In this document: piece by piece, positions 1 through 10,595 of the stretch
Position numbering within the stretch: position 1 is the stretch's first letter
Layout of the letters: the number at the start of each line of letters is the position of its first letter
Position numbers and translations under genes: made by a program
Notes under the pieces: generated by a model
The model's database searches: none
What the model saw: only the letters and a program-made list of their open reading frames with translations
What the model was told of the DNA's origin: nothing
Assembly: GCA_963796275.1 (NCBI GenBank)
Contig: CAWCKY010000004.1
Span: forward strand, 1,504,001-1,568,000
DNA: 64,000 nucleotides
Origin: an uncultured Acidobacteriota bacterium
GTDB lineage: Bacteria; Acidobacteriota; Blastocatellia; RBC074
Direction of reading: 5' to 3'

Positions 1-291
1 CATCCGGGCGAAGCCGAAAAATATGACGAGCATCGCCAGCCACCAGGCGAGGTTTTCCAGCCAGGGCAGGAGAGGGCCTTCGATCTCGTTCTCCAGCACC
101 GGTATGAGTGCGCCCGCCCGGCCGATCAGCCTGTCGAAGAATTGCGGCAATGAACTGCCCGCCGGGCTCGTGGGCGCCGGAGGCGGCGTGGGATTGGGCG
201 TCTGAGCGAACGCGGACAGACTCAAGCAACCGGCCACCGCCGCGATGAACAGGATGGAAATTATTGATCGCTTGATTTTGCCTGCTCTCAT
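1..291 (-). CDS. VirB6/TrbL-like inner-membrane T4SS protein (5' part, runs off window)
   Basis: Manual translation MRAGKIKRSIISILFIAAVAGCLSLSAFAQTPNP...LLPWLENLAWWLAMLVIFFGFARM; signal peptide then TM helix; directly downstream of the VirB5-like gene. Confidence 0.55.
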   Translation of the reverse strand, partial: MRAGKIKRSIISILFIAAVAGCLSLSAFAQTPNPTPPPAPTSPAGSSLPQFFDRLIGRAGALIPVLENEIEGPLLPWLENLAWWLAMLVIFFGFARM

Positions 292-300
292 AATTCGTTC

Positions 301-1149
301 TTAGTTGACCTTGCTGAGCGCCCTTTGAAGCACATCGAGCGAGTCGTTGAATTGGCTCCAGGCATCATTCAGAGACTCCACCTGCTCGCCGAACATTCCC
401 CGCTCCTCCATCTGGATGTTGTACTCCCTGACGCGATTCTCGATCTGGCAACGAAGATCCTCGATTTCGGATTCAAGCTGTGCAATCAGCAACTCGTAGC
501 TGGCCAGTTCTTGAGTGAGACTGGCGATGCACGACGCGCACCTCTGGTCCTCGGGCGCTTGCTCCTGTTTCGTGAGGTTGATTCTCGCCTCCTTTTGTTT
601 TCCCTCCGCCCATGCTTTCTTATACATCTTGTATTTCAGTTCGCGCTGCAGCAGTTCAAGCTGATTATCCATTCGAATGAGTCGTTCACGATTGGCGGCG
701 AGGTCTTGGCTGCTCCGCCCGATGGAATTTCTCAGATACTCGTCTAGATCTCTGAGATCGGCTTCCGGATCGAAGATGCCGTTGCGAAGCCGGTCGTCGA
801 TCCTCTTAATCATGTTCAATCGCGTCGTAACGATGGCCTCGAGCTGATCCTTTAACTGAAACGACGCACGCACAGTCCTTCCGATGTTGCTCATCGTGGT
901 GATCGCATTTTTTTGCTTCAATACGAGGTCATCGGCGGCCTTGAGCACACCGCCCAGCGTGGTAAGCTGGTTAACAAGATTCGTGTAATGCTGAAGCCAT
1001 CGATTTGCTTCTTCTACTTTCTTTGCGACCTGAAGCGTGTATTGCGCCGGGTCGTAGACTGTCCACTGCGCCTGTGCTTGTGGCGGTATAAGCAGAACGC
1101 CGATCAGCAGCCCCAGCGCGAACTGACGAAGGAGAGATTTTCTTTTCAT
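301..1149 (-). CDS. VirB5/TrbJ-like secreted T4SS protein
   Basis: Signal peptide ending AQA followed by QWTVYDPAQ (typical TrbJ/VirB5 mature N-terminus); coiled-coil body; follows virB4. Confidence 0.7.
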   Translation of the reverse strand: MKRKSLLRQFALGLLIGVLLIPPQAQAQWTVYDPAQYTLQVAKKVEEANRWLQHYTNLVNQLTTLGGVLKAADDLVLKQKNAITTMSNIGRTVRASFQLKDQLEAIVTTRLNMIKRIDDRLRNGIFDPEADLRDLDEYLRNSIGRSSQDLAANRERLIRMDNQLELLQRELKYKMYKKAWAEGKQKEARINLTKQEQAPEDQRCASCIASLTQELASYELLIAQLESEIEDLRCQIENRVREYNIQMEERGMFGEQVESLNDAWSQFNDSLDVLQRALSKVN

Positions 1150-1179
1150 TACTACCTCACTTCCTCTCACGAATCATAT

Positions 1180-4011
1180 TTATAAAAGCGCCTCGTCTAT
1201 CTCGATCAGTCCTCGCGCCGCCAGTCCTCGCGGATAGACAGTGGCCAGCCACGCTATAACCTTTGTCAGCGGCCAATCCCGCCTGAGCGCCGATACTCTA
1301 GCCCTCGCGTTACGCTCATATGGATTGGTGGTGAACGTCCACAATTCGGCGGGCGAGAGATCGAGTTGGATCATCTCCACGATCTGATCCTGTCCCGATC
1401 CGAGCGCCAGGACGTATTGCGCATACTCTCCCGCGATGTTGTGGATCGCGCTGATCGCCGCCGCCGCGTTTTCCGACAACCCGGCGTCCGCAATCAGCTG
1501 CGAACAATCGCCGATCTGCTTGCCGATGACCTTGATACCGGCAGTCTTCGTGACATCGTGGATTCCGGCAAAGTCTTCGTATGCATGCGTCGCCAGCATC
1601 GTCACGACCGCCTCTTTGCGGCCCATGCGAGCTCCTTTTTTGATCACCCGCAGAATCTCAGGGTACTGCGCCGCGATCTTCCAGACCTCGTCAAAGATCA
1701 GAAGCGCCGGCGTTCGCGTCCCGTCCGATTTGAGCCGGCCTATCGAACGCACCACTCGAGCCGCGACACGATTTGCCAATGTCTCGCGCACGTCCTGGGG
1801 GAAGGCGTCCAGACTGTCGAGTTCATAAACGTCATACGGCGAATCTGCGGCAAAGTCGGGATGCGTCGGCGCATCGAGCCAGGGATGGTCGCGATACTTC
1901 TCCAGGGCCAGCGCCAGCGTCGCGGCGCGCTCGCGCAATCCCACCGTCTGGAATGGATAACTTTCGAGCATCGCAAGCAGATGCGAATGCACTGGCTCGT
2001 GTTTCGGTCTGTCGTGGCCGTTCCGAGGAACTTCATTCCTGTAGACCTCGGTGATGACATTGGTGAGGATATCTTCCGCCACGTTGTCATCCGGCTTGCC
2101 CCTGGCCAGTTTCATCGCATCCATCACGACCAGCGCGATCTGCGTCTCGTCGGGCATCTCTCCCAGCTCCAGCCCCGGATAGTCCCAGACGTTAATGGCG
2201 CGCTTATCGTCTATGCTGAAGCGAAGATGTCTCCCTCTCGTCACATCGGCGTGCGGGCCCAGCGACTCTCCAAAATCCACGGCGCGCACCAGCGCTTCCG
2301 GCAAGGTCGCGAGCACGTCATTGATGACGCGGGCCATGAATGTCGATTTACCGCTCCCCGGCTCGCCGAGCACGAGAGCGAGCGGAGAGCTGATCTTCGC
2401 GCTGTCAAAGAGGTTCAGGCCGATCAACCTTCCAGTCGGCGTCGAGCAGAGCGTGTGCGGCCTCCGCGCTCCTTCCCATGCCGATTCAACCGGGGCGAGC
2501 GCGGCGAGCGATCCCGCGACCTCGGTGATCTCCCTGCCCATCGGTCGATGATCTGCTTCGCCGACGATCGCCCGGTGATATAAGGCACGCAGGGAATCCG
2601 GTTCCTCGCGCGCCGCCTCCACTCCGGGGATCGATTGCATTGCTGTGACCATCTGCTCGCAATACCTGTCGAGATTGTCGAGAGACTGCCTCAGTTCACC
2701 TCGCGTGCGTGCCGGTTCCGCGTAGATGACGGCGTAGAAACGCGTATCGATCAGCGCTTCTCTCGATCCGGTGACGTGATCGCGAACGGTTTCGAGATCG
2801 AGCAGCGCCGCGCGCGCTTCCGGTGACTGCTTCACACGCCCGTCCGCGCGTGTGTACGAGCGTCGTACCTGGCGTATGCGCCGGTCGAGACGTTTTGTGG
2901 CCTTGCGTTGGTCGAGGTATGTGAACTCGGCGATGATCGTGTGGCGAAAATTGAGTGACGGATTCAATGTCAATGAGCGCAATGCATCGGCCGTAATCGC
3001 CGGCTGCGGTGGAGTGAACATCGAGACGATCGCCGCTGGATGTGCCCCGTGCATAATGTGCGAGCCGCTTCCGTCTATCGTCTCGCCGCAGAGATATTCA
3101 CGAATGTCGAAGCCCGGCACAACTGGCAGTATCGGAACACTCCGCGCATTCTGCCTGTGGCCCAAATAGATCGCCTCCCACAACTCTTGCCGGTTGAAAC
3201 GCCGCAGTGACAACGGACATTCGCGCTCGATGAGGCGAAAGACCTTCTCCGCCCTCCCATACGCTTCCCGTTCATCTTTGAGGAGCCGGCGCACCACGCC
3301 GTCGTCGGCGGTCTCCGCCCAGATCGCGCGAATTGTTTTGGGAAGTTTCGTAATGCCGTGCTTTCCAACCTCATCCAGAGCGGCGGGAATGAACGCGCTC
3401 AATCCGCTGTTTGTATCATCTCCCTTCTGACGAACCGGCACGCGCGCCCAGATCGAGAGCGCCTGCCGGCGATAGCTGTGCGCCGCCGCCGCTGCCGCAT
3501 AGAAATCGATATTCATCGCGTGCAGCAGTGCCGCTTCAGGATGCACCAGCGCGGGATCGCCCAAGGCCGCAATATGCGCGTTGATCGCGGCGCCAGGGTC
3601 GGGACCGGACGAAAAACGGAACTGGATCACCGTCCCTGGCGGCTTGTCCACGGCGAGCATTCGCGCCAGTTCGTCACAACGTGCCTCAACGACATGTTCG
3701 TGCGCGAGCATCGTCGGCGCCGTCTGCGCCTCCCACGCGCACGTGTAGGATCCGTCGGTGTGCCGCAGAGCGCCGTCGCAAAATCCGGCAATGGAAGAGT
3801 CGCGCTTTCGACCCGGAGGTGAGGCGAGTTTCAATCGTTCTTCTTTATGTTCCGCAATTCGCCGGTGAAGTTCCGCTTCCTCGCTCCGCTTCCATGCTTG
3901 CAAATCTCGACGGGCGCGAAGCGCGATGGGCAGCAGACGCGATCCGGCGCTGATGCCCAAACCCGCGCCTGCCGCCGCGATGGCGCCTCCGATGATCGTT
4001 AACGGTTCCAT
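1180..4011 (-). CDS. virB4: VirB4-family T4SS ATPase
   Basis: 943 aa; Walker A GEPGSGKS, Walker B LLIFDEVW, C-terminal GARMGRK motif; preceded by VirB2/VirB3-like genes. Confidence 0.9.
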   Translation of the reverse strand: MEPLTIIGGAIAAAGAGLGISAGSRLLPIALRARRDLQAWKRSEEAELHRRIAEHKEERLKLASPPGRKRDSSIAGFCDGALRHTDGSYTCAWEAQTAPTMLAHEHVVEARCDELARMLAVDKPPGTVIQFRFSSGPDPGAAINAHIAALGDPALVHPEAALLHAMNIDFYAAAAAAHSYRRQALSIWARVPVRQKGDDTNSGLSAFIPAALDEVGKHGITKLPKTIRAIWAETADDGVVRRLLKDEREAYGRAEKVFRLIERECPLSLRRFNRQELWEAIYLGHRQNARSVPILPVVPGFDIREYLCGETIDGSGSHIMHGAHPAAIVSMFTPPQPAITADALRSLTLNPSLNFRHTIIAEFTYLDQRKATKRLDRRIRQVRRSYTRADGRVKQSPEARAALLDLETVRDHVTGSREALIDTRFYAVIYAEPARTRGELRQSLDNLDRYCEQMVTAMQSIPGVEAAREEPDSLRALYHRAIVGEADHRPMGREITEVAGSLAALAPVESAWEGARRPHTLCSTPTGRLIGLNLFDSAKISSPLALVLGEPGSGKSTFMARVINDVLATLPEALVRAVDFGESLGPHADVTRGRHLRFSIDDKRAINVWDYPGLELGEMPDETQIALVVMDAMKLARGKPDDNVAEDILTNVITEVYRNEVPRNGHDRPKHEPVHSHLLAMLESYPFQTVGLRERAATLALALEKYRDHPWLDAPTHPDFAADSPYDVYELDSLDAFPQDVRETLANRVAARVVRSIGRLKSDGTRTPALLIFDEVWKIAAQYPEILRVIKKGARMGRKEAVVTMLATHAYEDFAGIHDVTKTAGIKVIGKQIGDCSQLIADAGLSENAAAAISAIHNIAGEYAQYVLALGSGQDQIVEMIQLDLSPAELWTFTTNPYERNARARVSALRRDWPLTKVIAWLATVYPRGLAARGLIEIDEALL

Positions 4012-4358
4012 ACCACTTGTCTTTCACCCCCGATGATCCATCGCCGCCTCGGCTGTCGCGCTCTATCTATCGGGAGCGCGCGCCGATGGATCGGGCTTGT
4101 AAACATTGCGCGTGACCTGTGCTGCAGCCAATAAGGACGCCGCCCAATACGCGCGTAGTTGAAGAAGGCTATGGAGAGCGCCGCTGCGCTCAGTCCCGTC
4201 CACAATTCCAGCGGCGCTCCCCATAGCTTCAGGTCGAACAGAAACGGCGTCGAGTAGGCGATCAGCGTGGCCACAATGACGAACTTCCAGTCCGAGATGA
4301 GCACGCCGAATCGCGCCACCGGCAAGTAGATGTTCGGCCTGATCGATCTAAGCCTCAT
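3999..4358 (-). CDS. VirB3-like small membrane protein
   Basis: 119 aa from MRLRSIRPNIYLP, two TM segments, overlaps the virB4 start. Confidence 0.65.
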   Translation of the reverse strand: MRLRSIRPNIYLPVARFGVLISDWKFVIVATLIAYSTPFLFDLKLWGAPLELWTGLSAAALSIAFFNYARIGRRPYWLQHRSRAMFTSPIHRRALPIDRARQPRRRWIIGGERQVVWNR

Positions 4359-4372
4359 GACTTGTCCCCGCT

Positions 4373-4825
4373 TCAATTTCCCAGATCGGTATCTAAATTG
4401 ACTGCATTCCCCTGGCTGAAACTGTAGATGAGCGACAGGATTCCACCCAGGCTCATACAAATGCCTCCGCCGAGCATCTGCCTGCCCCAAGCCTTTTCCA
4501 TCATGATGTTCGCCGAACCCCATCCCACGCCGCCGACGCCCAGAAGGAAGAGCAGGTTCCGCCCCCATCTGATCGCCTCCCGCACGCCGCTGCCCAACTG
4601 CTGATCATTGCCGCCGAATAGATTGCCGCCAGGCGTTTGCGCAAACGCGGGAACGGTCATCAGTAACACGGTGGCGACAAGGATCAACACAGGTTCAATA
4701 GCCCCAATCAGAACGGCGAGTTGAACAAATGAACGACCCGCTCTGGCAACGCGCGAGCGTTCAAACAGGTCGTCATCCATATCGCAAATACCTGAACGCA
4801 AACGAATCCCTCTCAAGCTATACAT
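4373..4825 (-). CDS. VirB2/TrbC-like pilin
   Basis: Long leader ending PAFA-Q, then two Gly-rich hydrophobic helices; first gene of the virB2-3-4 series; start codon uncertain. Confidence 0.65.
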   Translation of the reverse strand: MYSLRGIRLRSGICDMDDDLFERSRVARAGRSFVQLAVLIGAIEPVLILVATVLLMTVPAFAQTPGGNLFGGNDQQLGSGVREAIRWGRNLLFLLGVGGVGWGSANIMMEKAWGRQMLGGGICMSLGGILSLIYSFSQGNAVNLDTDLGN

Positions 4826-5030
4826 ATGCTCTACTCCATGGTCGATATGATTTGTGTCTGATTCGCCCGCCTTTTCGCCGCGACCGCACATCCGAATCCG
4901 CAGGAATAATTCCAAGAACTCACAGCGGGCAGTTGCGCTCACATAGCAAATCAAACCTCGTGCCACACATTCGCTTGCGGCATCGCTGTTGCTGAGTTAG
5001 CCTGTCGAACTATGTGATGGCGGAGGATGA

Positions 5031-5773
5031 ATGAAGAGGACTGAAAACATCCTGTATTGCAGAGATTTTCTTGTTGATGATTGCTACTACGGCCAGCTGC
5101 GCAAGAAAAAATGTCGAACGATCGCGTGCGAGCAAATGATCGCTCGCAACGAGGCGAAGCACCTGCGCTCGCGTCAAAACCTGATCAGGATTCTACGCGA
5201 TCAGCCGAGCTTCTGGATCGAGTTGCAGGCAATAGCGAGGCGGCTCAAAACAGAGCCCGCGTGGTTGTTGAATGTGATGGCGAGCGAATCATTGTTCGAT
5301 CATACAGCTCGCAATGGGCTTTCCGGACAGACCGCCACAGGATTGTTGCAGTTCATCGAGAGCACGGCGCGGAACATGGGGACGACCACCGAAGCGATCA
5401 GTCGAATGAGCCCTGTCGAACAATTGCGCTTGGTCGAGAGATACCTCACGCCGTTTTGCGGCCGTCTCAACAGCCTGGCCGATGTTTACCTGGCGGTTTT
5501 TCGAGGCTTCATCGTTAAAGGAGGAGATGCGACAGTACATCGCGCCTCTCGATAAATCAAGTAAGAGAGCAGCGTATCTATTCGTTAAACAGGTGGCTCG
5601 ATTTCGATGGTGACGGCAAGATATCCAAGGGCGAGCTGGCGCTCGCGGCGCTCGCCATCGGCCGATTCCAACCAATCACGCCACGGTCCGGCGGGAGACT
5701 CTATCGCAACCCTGCGGAAGCCCCTGATCCTAAGACTGAAACTCCACAGACCCGTTCGATCTATTTTCGTTAG
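5031..5773 (+). CDS. Lytic transglycosylase (VirB1-like), frameshifted near 5540-5570
   Basis: SLT motifs MASES...ATGLLQF...TA; continuation in another frame RIYSLNRWLDFDGDGKISKGE to TAG at 5771-5773. Confidence 0.75.
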
Positions 5774-5875
5774 CTCAATTCTTGCCACTCAATCATCGTT
5801 CTCCGTTACGTTGCCAGTCACCTTTTGAACGCGGTGACTGATACTCGATCAGGCAGAAACCCCAAGCTTTACTTA

Positions 5876-6010
5876 GGCTGTCGGTGTATCCGACACAGCG
5901 CGTCGGATGTTCGACAAAAGGGGTCACAGGAAAACGAAGAATATGTTGAATGAAGCTATTATGCGAAGGAGAGCAAGAGGTGCCGAGACTATCGACACGG
6001 CAATATCTAG
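5876..6010 (+). repeat. Left copy of ~135-bp degenerate direct repeat with three TGTCGR-N4/5-YCGACA-like palindromes
   Basis: Aligns by eye end to end with 14755-14887 (GGCTGTCGG...TGTTGAA.GAAGCTATTATG.GAAG...CAATATCTAG). Confidence 0.85.
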
Positions 6011-6452
6011 GTAGGCCAGCTGTTTTACGGACTGTTTTACGTCTGGTAAGGGCGGAAACGAAAAAACAGGGCGCTTTAGCAGCTTTAGCGTTCTTCCCCC
6101 TATGACTTTAGTCCTCGGGTTTAGACGCTCCGCGTGTCACGCCCGGAGGCAGCCAGCGCTCAGCCGCCAGGTCGCGGTCCTGCTGCGAGATCTTCCCAAC
6201 AGTGTCCCTCGTAATCCAGTGCGCGATAGATCCGACTGCCCCAAAATCCTGGGGCCCGGGAATGATCTCTGCGCTTTCGGCCTTTGCCCGAGCGAATGTC
6301 CGTCTACGTCTTCGACGTAGTGAATTGGCTACGCTTTGAAGCGGTCCGAGAGTTGATTGAGCTTGGGTTGTTTGAACTATATCGTCCCATCAAAATCTAA
6401 CTTTGACAAAGTAGTATTAAGGAATGCGTCAATCACTATCTAGCGAAAACGA

Positions 6453-7043
6453 TTACGCCTCAACATTTCTGCCCGCCTGCTTACTTTTTAATTCCCTTTC
6501 TGCTTTTCCACAAACTTCAATTCCCAACATCCTGGCCTGCTCCACTAACTCCTGCCATTGTTCCTGCTCGCGCGCCAGGCGTTCCTTGACTTCGGCTTCT
6601 TGCTGAGCAATCTGCTGTCGCTGAGTGTCGAACCTCTGCCGGCCGCCCTCTGTCATCTTCATCTTCACCGTTTCCAACTGCGCCCGCTCGCTCGCTTCCA
6701 GGTCTGGCTGCCCCAATCGCTCGTCATACTCGGCCATTTCCTGGTTGAATCCACTATCTTGCGCTTCCAGCCGCTGTTTGACCTTTTGCGCCTGCTCGAT
6801 CTCGCGCTCCAATTGGGCCAGCTTCGCCTGCTGCGATTCGAGCCGGAGCTTAAGCATTTCGATCTTCAAACTTCGCACTTCCGCCGCCAGGCGCCGCACC
6901 AGGGCGGCGAGGTCCGGGACCTGCCGGGCAGCGTCATTCGCGGCAGTTGGCCCCGCAGTTTGGCCGTTGGTCTGCGCCCAACCTGTGACCGTGGCTATGA
7001 TCACCAGACAGGCAGTCGTCACAATCAATCTCGCTCGTTGCAT
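6453..7043 (-). CDS. Secreted coiled-coil hypothetical protein
   Basis: Signal peptide (GWA-Q), Q/E/L-rich heptads, RBS GGAGAG upstream. Confidence 0.75.
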   Translation of the reverse strand: MQRARLIVTTACLVIIATVTGWAQTNGQTAGPTAANDAARQVPDLAALVRRLAAEVRSLKIEMLKLRLESQQAKLAQLEREIEQAQKVKQRLEAQDSGFNQEMAEYDERLGQPDLEASERAQLETVKMKMTEGGRQRFDTQRQQIAQQEAEVKERLAREQEQWQELVEQARMLGIEVCGKAERELKSKQAGRNVEA

Positions 7044-7209
7044 GTTTATCTCTCCGTGTGAAGCGCCTGTCGCCAGACACGGGTCATCAACTCAATGAAC
7101 GAGGCGGGAGGATTGCGAGCGATCTTCCCTGGCATCCGTCCGGCAGGATGCCCATCGCCACAATCCTCGTCGCTTCGCTCGCGCGTGGCGCCAATCGCTA
7201 TCAGCTCAC

Positions 7210-7740
7210 TTACTGCTGCCTATAGATGAGCACCACGTTGTCAATTTCGAAGTCATCGAGTTGGCCGCCAATGTTGCCGTCTGCGTTCCGAGAGCCGATG
7301 AACAGCCTGTTGCCGGCCTCTGTAAGCGTGTTATTCCCGACTATCCCGATCTCCGAAAAGTACTCGCCGTCATGGTCATCATGGTGCGGGAGCAGGGCGT
7401 TCGTGACCGCGACCCCATTGATCGTGATGACGTTGTTACTGAAATCCACGTCCCTAGTCCGGAGCAGCAGGACCGCTCTCATGCCGGCATTAACGTCTGG
7501 AGCGTCGAAGATGACCTCGTAATCATCGCCGACGCCGCTGTCGCCGAGATGCACAGGGCTGCCGATGAGGACGCGGAAGCTGGATTGGTCGACCAGGGCG
7601 GACGAAGCCAGCGCATTAGACGCCGACGTCGCGCTACCGATCACCGAGAGTGGCAATGCCAATGACAACGCGGCCAGAATCATCGCGAATCTCGCCACGC
7701 TCTTTTTTCCAAATTTGCTGAGTGTATGCTGTTTAATCAT
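7210..7740 (-). CDS. Secreted beta-rich hypothetical protein
   Basis: Signal peptide; beta-sandwich-like pattern ending LDDFEIDNVVLIY; RBS AAAGGA upstream. Confidence 0.75.
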   Translation of the reverse strand: MIKQHTLSKFGKKSVARFAMILAALSLALPLSVIGSATSASNALASSALVDQSSFRVLIGSPVHLGDSGVGDDYEVIFDAPDVNAGMRAVLLLRTRDVDFSNNVITINGVAVTNALLPHHDDHDGEYFSEIGIVGNNTLTEAGNRLFIGSRNADGNIGGQLDDFEIDNVVLIYRQQ

Positions 7741-8253
7741 GTATTTTTTCCTTTCAAGTTAGTTTCAGTTACTCCAATCAAGCGCCCTCGGCCAACGACT
7801 CCCCCTTCTGTTCAACCTCCGGGAGATAGCCGATGCGCCTTTTCGAGCGATCATTTGCTCGCTCTATTGAGAGAAGATGCGAACCGGGAGGAGATATGGA
7901 CAGCGGGCGAAAAAACTTTTCACTTGGTGCCCTCCTTCTCCTCCGCATCGAGCCGCCGCGCGAGATAAGCCGTCTACTACACTGCCCACAAATGCTCGGT
8001 CTCCACAACAGTTGCGGATGACAGGTTGGCTCGGAGCGCCCGCGCGCACGGCAGCCACTCTACGTTCTCTCTCAACCGCCTCTGGCACTCTGCGCAGCGA
8101 ATCACGTGCTCGTCCACTGCAAGCAACTCCGCTGGGTCGAGAATGCGCTGGCGGCAGCGTGCGATCTGTTCCTTTGTCAGGTGCGGTGTAATTTTGGATT
8201 CCCCATGTGGCTAGTGACGCGAAACTCCGCCGCGTATAGCTACCCGCGCGGAA

Positions 8254-9405
8254 TTATTTTTCCTGCGCGTTCCCCAACCGCCGTCCCAGGCGGCGGCGCG
8301 CCGCCTGCCGCAGGTTGATCACATTCTGGCGCGTGGTTCCCAGCATCACGGCAATCGTCGCGTCCTCAATCGGCAGTTGCTGCCAGAGCAGTGAGAACTT
8401 TTCGCCATAACTCCGGAGCGATGCGGCCCGCCGCTGCTGCTCGCCGCTCAAAGGCAACAAGGGCCACAAACGGTCGAACTGCTCGTCGGCGATTTCGAGC
8501 GTCGCGCCGATGCGCTCAATGGAGGCCACCCCGTGCCACCAGAAGAGGGCGATCTCACCGTCGGCGTCGGTGAAGTTGAGCAGGTAAGAGATCCTTTGCA
8601 GCGGCGGCAACTGCTCTACCTCGCGCCATACGGAGGCCAGAAACTGTCGCCACTGGACCTCCTCGTCGGAGCGCGGCCCGGTATCGGGCAAGGCGGCCAG
8701 CCAGCCCGCTTGCACGTCGTCGTCCACGGGGTCCGTCTCCGGCGCGTAATCCCTGACGCCCTGCAACTCCGCCACGAGGTTGATCAGATCGTCGAACCGC
8801 AGCGGGTGTCCGAAGTCGTTGAAGATGGCCGTCAGCAGTTCAGTGTGATCCAGCCGCTGCGCGTCGCGGCACGCCAGGACGCGGGCGCTGAAGCTCTGCG
8901 GGTCGTCGAGCATTTGCCGGAAGCCGCTGCCCTGCGGCAAGCCCGGCGTCTGGTCGCGCCAATCCGCCAATCCGCAAAGCTGCGATTGGTCAGCCCCGTA
9001 CCACAAGGCGAACTGCGGCTGGCGGTTGAGCAGATGACGGATGAAATCTTTCAGACTGCGGCGGCGCGGGCTTTCGCGCCGTAGTTCACCGCGGCAGACG
9101 TTGGCGGCGACGACCGAGACGTAATGGCCGAAGTCGGAAATGGGTTTGCCTGACGGGTTGGCCCGACAGTTTTGCAGCAATTCGACGACGCGGATGATGA
9201 TTTCGCTACGAAGGTCTTCGGCCTCCCGGCCGCGCCCCGCGACCCGTTCGATCACGGGCCGGGCGTGTTGTTCGATCAGAATGACCAGCCAATCGGCAGC
9301 CTCGGCCTCATCTGCGGCTTGCAAAAGGGGCACAAGCAAAGGATCGGGTTGGCCTCCTTCTCTATAGATGTGACGGATGATTACGCGAGATTTGGCTGTT
9401 CGCAT
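8254..9405 (-). CDS. Atypical ECF-type sigma-70 family factor with large insertion
   Basis: Region-2-like EAEDLRSEIIIRV...FGHYVSVVAANVC; region-4 HTH DATIAVMLGTTRQNVINLRQAARRRL. Confidence 0.65.
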   Translation of the reverse strand: MRTAKSRVIIRHIYREGGQPDPLLVPLLQAADEAEAADWLVILIEQHARPVIERVAGRGREAEDLRSEIIIRVVELLQNCRANPSGKPISDFGHYVSVVAANVCRGELRRESPRRRSLKDFIRHLLNRQPQFALWYGADQSQLCGLADWRDQTPGLPQGSGFRQMLDDPQSFSARVLACRDAQRLDHTELLTAIFNDFGHPLRFDDLINLVAELQGVRDYAPETDPVDDDVQAGWLAALPDTGPRSDEEVQWRQFLASVWREVEQLPPLQRISYLLNFTDADGEIALFWWHGVASIERIGATLEIADEQFDRLWPLLPLSGEQQRRAASLRSYGEKFSLLWQQLPIEDATIAVMLGTTRQNVINLRQAARRRLGRRLGNAQEK

Positions 9406-9668
9406 ATATGAACTCCATTCGTGAGAAATAGCTCTGTAGGATGAGTGGCCAGGGGAAGGCCATCATTCCCGATTATGTGATTTGTTGTGGCGCGCTATGG
9501 CTTTAGCGCGTAGGCGCATTCTCGAAGAAGTCCCAGATAGCGCCCATAAAATTCCATTCGGACCATTTGTGTGGCAGCGCCGGGTCGATAGCGGAAATGA
9601 CGACAAGGCCGTTCTTCGGATTCGTTTATCGCATCAACTCGACGCGGGCCGGCGCGCCGAACAGTGTG

Positions 9669-10279
9669 TTACTCGTACAGCATCGTGGTGATGTTCTCCT
9701 TGGAGATGGAGCGCCAGAAGGTATCGGCGGGATCCGAGCGGTTGGTCCATCGCTCGATGCGCGCAAACAGCCCTTCAATGCGCGGCCGGTAGCGGCGAAT
9801 CAGAAAGCCGTCTCGCATTCGTTCGTCTATCTTCCCATTCTCCTTGAGCACTGGAACCAGGTCTTCAGCGCCCGAGAGAATAAAGATATCGGACTCTTCG
9901 CCGCCGCGATATTGAGGCATCCCTTTGTCGGTCTTTCGTGTGATCGACGGCAGCGAGAGCTCCAGCCAAAGCCGAACGCACCGTTTCCGGCGCCGGAATC
10001 GTAAGAGAGTGACAGTTGCGGGCCGAATCCCGCTCTGCCGGAGCTGGTGTAGATCGGAACAGAAAGAGAGCCCGTGCCGGTGACGGGATTGGCGGCAAAC
10101 TTCTCGCCCATTCCACGAATCGCACCACCGCCTTTGGGCAATGAGATAGAAGGAGGAGCGAAAATGCTCTTCTCCTGTTCGCTTTGACCTTTTTGAGACG
10201 GCTGCTCTTTAGCTGAGGCTTCTTTTTTCTGGTTCATGATATGACTCGATGGTGGAGCATAGGGTTCATTGACATACAA
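9669..10279 (-). pseudogene. Truncated SpvB/TcB-type (Tc toxin B component) N-terminal fragment
   Basis: ISLPKGGGAIRGMGEKF..NPVTGTGSLSVPI..GFGPQLSLSYDSGAGNGAFGFGWS, then frameshifted PQY..SDIFILSGAEDLVP..YRPRIEGLFARIERW; stops after ~200 aa. Confidence 0.85.
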
Positions 10280-10393
10280 TTACATCTCACTCACGGACGT
10301 TTGGCTTAGTAGACGTATAGCCGAGTGTTCATAGATTGCCCTGGCCACTGCTTTGCCTTACAATGATTTTTCTCTCCGGATTTGGCCATTCCG

Positions 10394-10595
10394 CATCAAT
10401 TAAACGCTGTTATCTTTAATCCGGATATCGCGGCAGTAGCGTGACAGAACAAAGAATACTGTTAACATCCTTTGCAAGTCCTGGGAAAGTTCTGGGAAAT
10501 ACCTGAGAAAACACTGGGAGGTCCCGACTCTCATGCAGCCTTCAGCCAGACTCGTCTACCATTTTGGCCTTTTCCGGCTCGACACCGGCGAACGC
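10394..10595 (+). promoter_or_regulatory. Divergent promoter region with four CTGGGAAA-type repeats at 11-bp period (10481, 10492, 10503, 10514) plus start of the regulator gene
   Basis: Repeats read directly from sequence; whole block duplicated at 14467-14670. Confidence 0.7.

Noticed and set aside
1366-2583. 405-aa plus-strand ORF and similar long antisense ORFs (e.g. 23252..24229, 24323..25123, 53022..53681, 55714..56346)
   Set aside because: Shadows of well-supported genes on the opposite strand in GC-rich DNA; no recognisable motifs
6020-6090. Short tandem pairs CTGTTTTACG x2 and GCTTTAGC x2 beside the left repeat
   Set aside because: Only two copies each and absent beside the right repeat; no function can be supported
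6105-6180. tRNA-Asp-like stretch (..TAGACGCTCCGCGTGTCACGCCCGGAGG..)
   Set aside because: No TTCGA T-loop, acceptor stem or CCA; no tRNA or rRNA could be supported anywhere in the window
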